Shown piece by piece: positions 1 to 8,800 of a stretch of DNA of 64,000 bases (the stretch's first letter is position 1; each line of letters begins with the position of its first letter). A program made the translations under genes and the position numbers. Location of the stretch: positions 7,541 through 71,540 of the forward strand of contig JAFGNH010000170.1 in assembly GCA_016927115.1 (NCBI GenBank). The letters are read 5' to 3'. The notes beneath the pieces were generated by a model. The model was not told where the DNA came from and did not search any database. It saw only the letters and a program-made list of their open reading frames with translations. The DNA is from Anaerolineales bacterium. GTDB lineage: Bacteria > Chloroflexota > Anaerolineae > Anaerolineales > E44-bin32.

Positions 1-145
1 AATCGAACACACCCTGTGCTCGCTGGGGATCCGAACCGGTTACAATCATCACTTTCGAACCAAAACCGGCTGCATACCCACCTATCCCCCTGATTGACCC
101 CTCTCCAAAGAAAATCCGTGAGGCAGTCGCAAACTCAAACAGCAT
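1..145 (-). CDS. iron-containing alcohol dehydrogenase family protein, N-terminal fragment (gene runs off the left edge)
   Basis: Hand translation of the minus strand from the ATG at 145..143 gives [48 protein letters not shown]. This fits the Fe-ADH N-terminal pattern (x-I-x-FG-x-G ... K-x-x-IVT). It overlaps the stop of the upstream ABM gene by 11 nt. It is too short to appear in the ORF track. Confidence 0.5.
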   Translation of the reverse strand, partial: MLFEFATASRIFFGEGSIRGIGGYAAGFGSKVMIVTGSDPQRAQGVFD

Positions 146-458
146 GATGGGTCTCCCATCCTGCAGTTTGCGGGAACAGTGGTATGAATTTTATGCTCGA
201 TCTGGGTTCTGCCATCATATCTGCGACCGTATCCCGCCAGCGCAAATAATGTTCCGTTTCCTTATGCCGTCCGGGGGCATCGACTGTCCGATAGACTTCC
301 ACCAGAACAAACGCACATGGATCGTCCTGCTGCTGAACAACATCAAAACGGACAATGCCCTGTTCCTGAAGGCTGCAGCGCGCATTCTCCAGCGTAGCAG
401 CAATAAAATCCTCAACGTAATCAGGTAAAACCTGGACATAGACAAGAACAACGAGCAT
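135..458 (-). CDS. antibiotic-biosynthesis-monooxygenase (ABM) domain protein
   Basis: 107-aa ORF. The size and the pattern ([16 protein letters not shown]...[22 protein letters not shown]) are typical of ABM/YgiN-like ferredoxin-fold monooxygenases. Confidence 0.65.
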   Translation of the reverse strand: MLVVLVYVQVLPDYVEDFIAATLENARCSLQEQGIVRFDVVQQQDDPCAFVLVEVYRTVDAPGRHKETEHYLRWRDTVADMMAEPRSSIKFIPLFPQTAGWETHHAV

Positions 459-838
459 TCAGGAACCCTCCCGGTAGACTGCTGTGCACATATAGAGCGT
501 CTATCCTTGCGACAGAGTCTCCAGATTAATTACAGTCTAGCCATTCTTCCAGAAGGATGCAACCCTCAGACACGGTATTCATGAATCTGCCGCAGCCTGA
601 CAAAGCAGTTCTGTATTATGTCTGCAAAGCAAGATTCCCAATTCTTGTAACACATAAACCGAATCTTCTCTTCGAGCAGCAACCTGGCAGTACCGAAGCT
701 GGTGGACTTGATTTACGTTACAGAGTAATCTCGCCTGGAATGAATCCATTGGCTGAGTCGCGTCAAATGAAGGTTGCTTCGAACGCTCGTCTCATTCCGA
801 AAAACATTTTGGTGTAACTTCGTTATCTGCCTTTACCT

Positions 839-898
839 TGCGTTTACTTTTCTTTCCGCAATTCTTTACATACCTCACATTACGAATAACTTAGACTT
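839..898 (+). promoter_or_regulatory. conserved upstream element, copy 1 (TGCGTTTACNTTTCTTTCNGCANNNCTTTACA-N20-TTAGNCTT), 48 nt before the 947 start codon
   Basis: The 32-nt block is 27/32 identical to 9779..9810. The 20-nt spacer length and the distal octamer (TTAGACTT vs TTAGTCTT) are the same. The flanking intergenic sequence is not conserved. Confidence 0.4.
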
Positions 899-946
899 GT
901 TTCGAGGTTTGGTCTATTAAATTTATGAGAGAGGTGACGTGGAGCT

Positions 947-2515
947 ATGACAGAACCCACGATCAACAGCCTGTTGAAAAAGGCTGAATCCCACGCGTTA
1001 AACAGCGATTGGCTGAATTCCATAGCTGCCCTGCAGCAGGTACTGCAGCTGGAACCTCAGCATGCAGCAGCAAATTTCACACTCGGCACACTGCTGATGG
1101 AAACCGGCAGTCCTGCAGAAGCGATCTCCTATCTGCGAGCCTGTATCCTGACCACCCCCGATCACGAAGAAGCATCCGTCAGCCTGGCCAAAGCTCTGGC
1201 GCAGACTAATAAATTCCAGGAAGCCGAACGGATCCTGACCGGGATCACAGGGAATAACCCCGAGAATCGCAGCGCATGGAATGCGCTGTCCCAGATTCTG
1301 ATCCTTCAGGATAACCGTATCAGTGAAGCAGTCCAGATTCTGGCGGCACTGGTTCAGACCGATCCTACCGATCCCGATGCTCTGTACCTGATGGGCAAAG
1401 TGTATGAAAGTGTTGAAGATACCAATTCTGCACTTGAAATGTATCACCAGATACTGCGTCACCATCCTTCAGAACAAAGAGCCCAGGCCGCGCTGCAGGG
1501 TCTTGGAGAACCCACTACCGGCATTACTCTGCCTTCGGTATGTTTTATCGGTCCTCCCACATTCTCCACGGAAAACAGGTTGGGGCTTCCCGCAAGAGAG
1601 TTGTCCGGATTGGGCTACCCTGTTTCGGTGCATACATCCTGGGATCAGAGTATGGTGGCTCCTGATATTTTCGTTTTCAGTGAACCTCATTCAAATCCTG
1701 TATTCCTGGAAGCGTTCCTTCAGAGCAAAGCTGCGGGGAAAAAAGCATTTGTCAATCTGGATCTGCACTACCCCTCACTGACCAGCAACCATCCCAGGTA
1801 CCATGAGTCCGGCCCCGGGAACCCGGAAGGTATCCAGGCCCTGGAACATATCCTGGATTCAGCCGATATGCTTTTAACTTCCAGCCAGGCACTGTCGGAT
1901 GCATATCAAAAACCGGGGCGTCCAATCCAGATGTTCCCGCCTGTCTGGAATCCCGGAAACGAATTATGGCATAAACCACCTGAGAAGCGGGAAAAAATTC
2001 ATCTCGGTCTGATAGGTTCTCAGCTGCAGAAAGGTGATGCAGAAGTGTTGAAGGGTCCTGTTGAGACGCTATTTGACCTTAACGAAAATCTTATGCTTAT
2101 GGTACTTGAGGACTTTTCTCTGCTCGACCTTTTCAGCGGGATCAACGAACAGCGCAAGCTGTTCCTCCCCGCTGGTCGTTTCGAAGATTATCCCTATCAG
2201 CTCTCTCATATAGATATCCTGTTGATTCCAGGCGGGGATTCCCCCATCCATCAGACTCGTTCGGATCGGCCTCTGCTGGAAGCCGGTATCCGCCGCATTC
2301 CCTGGGTGGCTTCTCCCTGCCCCTCCTTTAAAGATTGGCATGAAGGGGGTATTCTGATCGAGAAACCGCTGGATTGGTTATCAACTCTGGAAAACCTGAT
2401 CGCCGGGGAAGAATTACGTTCTGTGCTTGGTGAAGCCGGAAGCCGGCAGGCACAGAGCCGCACTATAAGGCAGTCCATTTCGAGATGGCAGGAACTGATC
2501 CGGAGCGTACTCTGA
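947..2515 (+). CDS. TPR-repeat protein with C-terminal GT-B-like (glycosyltransferase-like) domain, paralog 1
   Basis: 522-aa ORF. The N-terminus has TPR-like repeats (LQQVLQLEPQHAAANFTLG..., AISYLRACILTTPDHEEA). The C-terminus (SDRPLLEAGIRRIPWVASPCPSFKDW) is clearly homologous to the C-termini of the ORFs at 9913 and 11586. Confidence 0.6.
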   Translation: MTEPTINSLLKKAESHALNSDWLNSIAALQQVLQLEPQHAAANFTLGTLLMETGSPAEAISYLRACILTTPDHEEASVSLAKALAQTNKFQEAERILTGITGNNPENRSAWNALSQILILQDNRISEAVQILAALVQTDPTDPDALYLMGKVYESVEDTNSALEMYHQILRHHPSEQRAQAALQGLGEPTTGITLPSVCFIGPPTFSTENRLGLPARELSGLGYPVSVHTSWDQSMVAPDIFVFSEPHSNPVFLEAFLQSKAAGKKAFVNLDLHYPSLTSNHPRYHESGPGNPEGIQALEHILDSADMLLTSSQALSDAYQKPGRPIQMFPPVWNPGNELWHKPPEKREKIHLGLIGSQLQKGDAEVLKGPVETLFDLNENLMLMVLEDFSLLDLFSGINEQRKLFLPAGRFEDYPYQLSHIDILLIPGGDSPIHQTRSDRPLLEAGIRRIPWVASPCPSFKDWHEGGILIEKPLDWLSTLENLIAGEELRSVLGEAGSRQAQSRTIRQSISRWQELIRSVL

Positions 2516-2550
2516 CACATACACGGATCCGTTCTCTACCGGGAGTCATC

Positions 2551-2727
2551 ATGCAAAAAACCAGTAATCTGAATGAATACTTACAGAAGGCGCTTAACCT
2601 GTTCCAGGAGGTCAAACTGGATGAATCAAGAATGTGGATTGACCGCATCATCGAGAAAGATCCATATTATTGGCAGTTCCCGATCGGTGGAAAGCAGCCC
2701 CAGCCTGGGTGGTGCCCAGAGAAGTGA
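2551..2727 (+). CDS. small ORF, TPR-like fragment (58 aa); possibly a gene remnant
   Basis: ATG at 2551 is preceded by GGGAG. The peptide MQKTSNLNEYLQKALNLFQEVKLDESRMWIDRIIEKDPYY resembles a single TPR helix pair. It is short and has no other support. Confidence 0.25.
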   Translation: MQKTSNLNEYLQKALNLFQEVKLDESRMWIDRIIEKDPYYWQFPIGGKQPQPGWCPEK

Positions 2728-2828
2728 TTTTTTTAGAATCGACCGCCCGTACGCAGAGGGCCTGGGTGGATGTCTGTCAACAGATTATGGTTCACGGCAA
2801 ATCCGCCCAATAATTAAGGAAAACGGCT

Positions 2829-5800
2829 ATGCAAATAAAACCCTTCCCGAAAAAACTCAGCAACCTCAAGGACCGCTTCAGAGGCCGGCGAGCCTTCATC
2901 CTGGGCAATGGGCCCAGCCTGACCGACCTGGATCTTTCCCACCTGGAGAATGAGTATACCTTCGGCGTGAACAGCATCTTCTACCTGTTTGAAGAAATCG
3001 GATTCAAACCATCTTTCTATGTCGTGGAAGACACGCTTGTGGCAGAAGACCGTGCTGCCGAGATTAATGAGCTCGACGGAATGGTCAAAATTTTCGGGAC
3101 GTATCTAAATTACTGCATAAACGACAGTAAAAATACTTTATGGGCGAACGTTCTTTTTAATTACGAAAACTATTCCGGTTTTCCCCACTTCTCGAGAGAT
3201 GCCTCCCAATGCCTCTGGGTGGGCGGCACCGTATCCTATGTCTGCATGCAGCTCGCCTATATGATGGGTTTTGATCCTGTTTACCTGATCGGCTTCGACC
3301 ACTCATATAACATACCTGACGATGCAGATATCGAAGGCACCATCATCACTTCAACTTCTCAGGATCCCAACCATTTCCACCCCGAATACTTCGGCAAAGG
3401 AAAACGATGGCATCTGCCCAGAGTTGACCGCATGCAGCTGTCTTACCTTAAAGCAAAAAAGGTCTTTGAACAGGATGGCAGGCAGATCGTCAATGCTACG
3501 GCCGGCGGAATGCTTGAGGTCTTCCCCCGTATCGCGTACGCCGCTATTTTTAAGGACGACGAAACGCGCAGCGGTAAGGATCAGAAAACAGCTGGAAAGC
3601 CCTCGAAAAAAGCAGCGGAAACCCCGCCTCCTGATCTCTCCGTTATCGTCTGTACCTACAACAACCATGTTTCTCTGGTAAACACCCTCGAAAGCCTCTA
3701 CCAGCAGAGCCTCTCACCTGACCGGTACGAAGTGCTGGTAGTGGATAATAATTCCGATGACCAGACAAAAGCTATATCAACGTCCTTCCCCCGTTGTAAA
3801 TATGTATTTGAGGAGAAACAGGGACTTGCCCAGGCACGAAACACGGGCATCGCTGAAGCAACCGGCCGCATAATCGCCTTTATCGATGATGATGCGGAAG
3901 CTGATTTCGAATGGCTCAGCAGAATTCTTGCCGCTTTTGAAAAAAACGAAAACATTTGGGCCGCGGGCGGGAAAGCCCTGCCGATCTGGGACGCAGAAAA
4001 GCCTGCCTGGCTTACCGAAACCTATTACCGTTCCCTGAGCCTGCTGGACTGGGGTGAAAATATCCGGCCGCTGGCCTGGCCGGAAAGGATCATCGGGACA
4101 AATTGCGCATTTCGTAAAGCAGTCTTCGAGGAAATCGGACGCTTCCAGACAGACCTTGGACGGGTCGGTTCTGTGCTGCTCGGTAATGAGGATACAGAAA
4201 TCCAGGAACGAATCCACGAAACCGGGCACCAGGTTCTCTACGTGCCTGATGCAATCGTTCACCACCACGTACCTGCAGATCGAATGACAGAGGCATATCT
4301 CCAGAAGCGGGATGAAGGGCACAGAATCTCGCAGCAGATCCTGCAGCTGCGCACAGAGGGCAAAGAAGCAGAAGCAAAAAAGATGGCGGAGAATTATATA
4401 CTCCAGCAGCAGCTTAAGGAACATGAAGCTACTATCAACCGCACCCTTCCTCAGTCGAACCTCAGACTGGCAACCTACAAGGATATCCATCGTGGGCAGC
4501 GCTGTGTGATCATCGGAAACGGACCCAGTCTGAACGACATGGATCTCTCCTTCCTGAAAAACGAAATTACCTTCGGTACCAATCGGATCTATCTGGGTTT
4601 CGAGCGCTTCGGTTTTACACCGGATTACTACCTTTCCATTAATCCGCTTGTGATCGAACAGAGTACAGAGGAAATCCTGGCCGTTCCCGCGCCAAAATTC
4701 CTCAGCCTGCATGGGATCAAACATATCCCTGAAGATCGCGAGGATGTAATGTACCTCCAGAGTGTGGACAGCCCGATTTTTTCTCGTGATCCTCGCTCAG
4801 GAATCTGGGAAGGATATACCGTTACCTATGCAGCGCTTCAGCTTGCCTACTATATGGGATTCTCCGAGATTTACCTGATTGGCTGTGATCACAGCTTCGC
4901 CACGACCGGCCCTGCCAATGCCGAAATCACCTCACAGGGAAAAGACCCGAATCATTTTGATTCTTCCTATTTCGGCAAGGGAACACGCTGGCATCTGCCC
5001 GACCTGGTTAACTCCGAGATGGCATACGGCCTGGCGAGGATGGTGTATGAGGCGGAAGGACGGCACGTATACGATGCAACGCTGAATGGAAAATTGAAGG
5101 TATTTCCGAAAGTGGATTATCGTGAATTCTTCCTCGATTCCCCCCCGGATAAAGAAATTCCTGCAAAACTTCAAACAGGTGAAACCATACAAGGGTCTCC
5201 GATCCTGGTCAGCGCCCTGGTATCCACATATAACGATGAGAAGCTGCTGAGAGCCTGCCTGGATGATCTTGAAAATCAGACTATCGCTGATCGAATGGAA
5301 ATCATTGTGATCGACAGCGGTTCCGAGCAGAATGAAGCTGCCATCGTTGCGGATTTCCAGGAACGGTACGCAAATATCCTGTATATCCGCACAGAGCGTG
5401 AGAGCCTGTACCAGGCGTGGAACCGCGGCATTCTGAAAGCCCGTGGCCGGTATATCACCAACGCAAATACTGACGACAGTCACCACCCGGAAGCGCTGGA
5501 AAAACTGGTCGCCGCACTGGAAACACATCCGGAAGCAGATCTGGCATATGCCGACTGCCAGTGGAGCGCCAGGCCGAATGATTCCTTCAACTCAGCCGAC
5601 ACTCTGCGTGACATCCATTATCCAGCCTTCCACCCCGCCCTGAACATGCTTTACTGCCCTCTCGGCCCTCATCCTGTCTGGCGCAGAAAAACATTTGAAA
5701 AGATCGGCCTGTTTGATGCACGCTTCAAAGCAGCCGGTGATTACGAATTCCTGCTTCGCTTTACCGCTGCCGGACTGAATGCAGTTCATGTACCCGAATT

Positions 5801-8800
5801 ACTGAGCGTTTTCTATCAGAACACCAGCGGGCTGACACTCGGTGCCAATGTGTCCGAAGAAGAGAACATGCGCATCCTGAACCGCTACCGCTCCTCTACC
5901 CCTATCCAATCGATCTGCCGGGTCACACCTGGCGATAAAACCAGCGAAGCGCTGGCATGGACTGCACTCGGAAATCAGGCCATCCGTTACCAGGTCCCCT
6001 GGCTTGATGAACCTGTCTCAGACCCGAACTATGCTGCTTACTGCTACCTTAAAGCAATCGAAACAGAGCCCATCATACCAGCGCTGAACAACCTGATCGC
6101 TGTGCTGGGCGCCATGGGGAACTGGGATCAGTGTGAAGCTCTTCTGGCCCAGCTTCCACCCGGAGAAATGCCCGAAATGCGACGTACAGTGACACAACGC
6201 GAGGTGCTGCAGCTGCTGCCTGTCGACATCGAACCCGCTGTGCAGCCGCTTTCCTGTCAAGTGGAACAACCGGAGCCTGCAGTAAGACCGCACAGTTCTC
6301 CGTCCAGCAGTTCAGCTCCCGAGGGATTCAACGTTATCAGCTACGCCAGCGGCAACCTGGGTATCGGTGTAACCGCCCGCAATGTCATCCAGCTTCTGCT
6401 TGACCACGGGTATCCTGTTTCCATCCTCGACATCGATCCCGGATTCGGCCGCGGCGGGAAAGACCTGCGCTTCCAGATGCATACCGTCCCCAATCCGGAA
6501 GATCTGCCTCACTCGATCAACCTCTTCATTCTCCCGCCCGGGGATCTCAGCGCTGTTCTGCAGCAGGCAGGAAGCCGCTTCTCCATGCAGCAGCGGTTGA
6601 ACGCCGCCTTCAGTATGTGGGAACTCCCTCGACTTCCCAGGGATTGGATTCCGACCCTTGAAGCAATGGATGTATTGATCGCGGAATCCGCCTTCATCGA
6701 GCATGCATTCAGTTTCAATCTCTCCGGTGTACACACAATCGCCGCCGACCATCCGCTCTATCTGCCGGATCGAATTCAGCCCAATCGTGCCCGGTTCGGC
6801 CTTCCTGAGGATGGCTGCCTGTTCATTACCAGCTTTGAACCATTCAGTGATCCCCAGCGCAAAAATCCGATGGCGGTGGTGCAGGCATTCGAAATGGCTT
6901 TCAAGCAAGAAAATAACACTCATCTGATCCTCAAGCTGAATAATGCCCAGCATGAAGGATCGTTCCATCCACTGGTTGAAGCGCTCCAGAAGCGCTGTCT
7001 GGCAAACCCTGACATCCATATCCTTAGCGAGACACTCACATATCGGGAAGTGCTGGAGTTATATGCCAGTTGTGACAGCTTTGTCTCGCTCCACCGTGCT
7101 GAAGGGCTCGGCCTGGGCCCCATGGAAGCGATGGCTCTCGGAAAACCTGTCATCGCTACCGGATGGTCGGGGAATTTGAGCTATATGAACCATACCAATG
7201 CCTGTTTGGTCGGGTATCGGCTCATCCCGGTTGATGGCACGATTCCGGCTTACAACCGGGAACGACTGGGTAGTGGAGCTGTGTGGGCTGACCCTGACCC
7301 GGCAGAAGCAGCTGCCTGGATGCGCCGCCTTGCCGAAAATCCCGAACTCCGAAGCACGATCGGCGGGAAGGCACAGCAAGCGATCCGGAACCACCACAAA
7401 AAAGCTGAACAAGCGTTGTTTATCGAGGAACTGCATGCCATCTGGCGGCAAAAACAGCTGTTTACGAATTTCCAACCGGTCAGCAGCTTCCATACAGAAT
7501 CATCAGTACAAAAAGCTGCAGATCTTAAAGATGCATCTGTAGATATCGTCATCCCTGTCTACGGACAGGCCGACCTGCTCAAGCGCTGTGTGAACAGCGT
7601 GCTGGAAACGACAGAAAAAGCACACCTGATCCTGGTCGATGACTGCAGTCCGGACAGTGAAATTCAGGAAGTTTTCTCCACCTGGGAAAACAACCCGCGC
7701 GTCACACTGGCTCGTACGCTTCAGAACTCCGGCTTTATCGGGTCTACACGACTGGGGGCAGGCATCGGTAACGCGCCTTTCATCCTGTTTCTCAACTCCG
7801 ACACAGAGGCCCCGGAAGCCGGATGGCTGGAGGCCCTTATCCCTGAAGAACCGGATATCGCCGTCACCGGTGCAAAACTGCTGTACCCGCCCGACGCGCC
7901 CGAGCCTTTTGCCGGAACGATCCAGCATGCCGGTGTAGCCCGAAATAACCTTGGCGTTCCGTACCACCCATTCATCGGCCAGCCCGGAACTATCCCGGAA
8001 GCATCGCTGGCAAAAGATATCAACGCGATAACCGGAGCCTGCTTCCTTGTTCGTCGTGAAGTCTGGGAACGGCTGGGAGGCTGGAATCCCGCTTTTGGAC
8101 GTGGTGTGTATGAGGATGTTGATTTCTGCTGGAGAGCTCGTTCACAGGGCTTCCGTGTCCGTTATAAGCCGGGTGCTGTGCTGTATCACCATGAAAGCGC
8201 CAGTCGGAGCGAGAATGGCCGACATTCCCTTAACGAACATATGTCCGCGAACCTGTCTACACTTCTGGAAAGCTGGCCGGGTATTACTTCCGATGAAGCG
8301 CTCTTTTACGCTCCGGAAGTCATCTCAGGCTGGCGACAGGCGGAACAACTGCTGCAGCGTGCACAGAGAGAGCTTTCTGAAGGAAAATTCCAGGCTGCAG
8401 TGCAGACCATGCAGTTAGCTGTGAAGGCAGCACCAAATCAGCCTGAAGTCCTGATTGGCTATGCACAGCTTCTCCTCCAGCAAAACAAGCACAAACCGGC
8501 CCTCGAGTCCCTTTATGCTGCGGTAGCCAATGCTCCCACACACTGGAGCGCACGGTTCCTGCTGATGGATACCCTCATCAACACACACAACGCTGCTGAA
8601 GCCTGGCAGCAAAGCCAGATCCTGCTGCACTATTTCCCCGAAAACGAGGAAATAAAACAGCGCAGAAGGCAGATCCTGTCCATGGACCCCACCCTGGTGT
8701 CTCCGAGCAGCACATCCCGTGCAGAACAACTGCTCGAAAAGCTCCTGCAGTCAGAAGATATGGTTGCCCTGCTGGAAGAACATAGAGAGGAATTGGATGG

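Noticed and set aside
1-110. Several T-loop-like strings (GGTTCGAAA, GGTTCGGATCC, GTGTTCGATT on the minus strand) and a GGGGG start suggested a tRNA, tmRNA or tRNA-Sec at the left edge.
   Set aside because: No cloverleaf could be drawn: the acceptor and T stems do not pair, and the length would exceed 100 nt. The same stretch translates cleanly as the N-terminus of an iron-type alcohol dehydrogenase starting at ATG 145.
557-817. 86-aa plus-strand ORF in the intergenic region upstream of the first TPR/GT-B gene.
   Set aside because: It has no RBS and no motif, and it lies in a region better explained as a promoter or leader.
3777-4724. Long antisense ORFs inside the giant glycosyltransferase gene (3777..4724, 4932..5528, 6312..7019, 8751..9539, all minus strand).
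   Set aside because: They lie opposite a continuous, motif-rich 6.6-kb ORF. They have no RBS and no recognisable motifs, and their composition is low-complexity and Arg/Cys-rich, as is typical of antisense frames.
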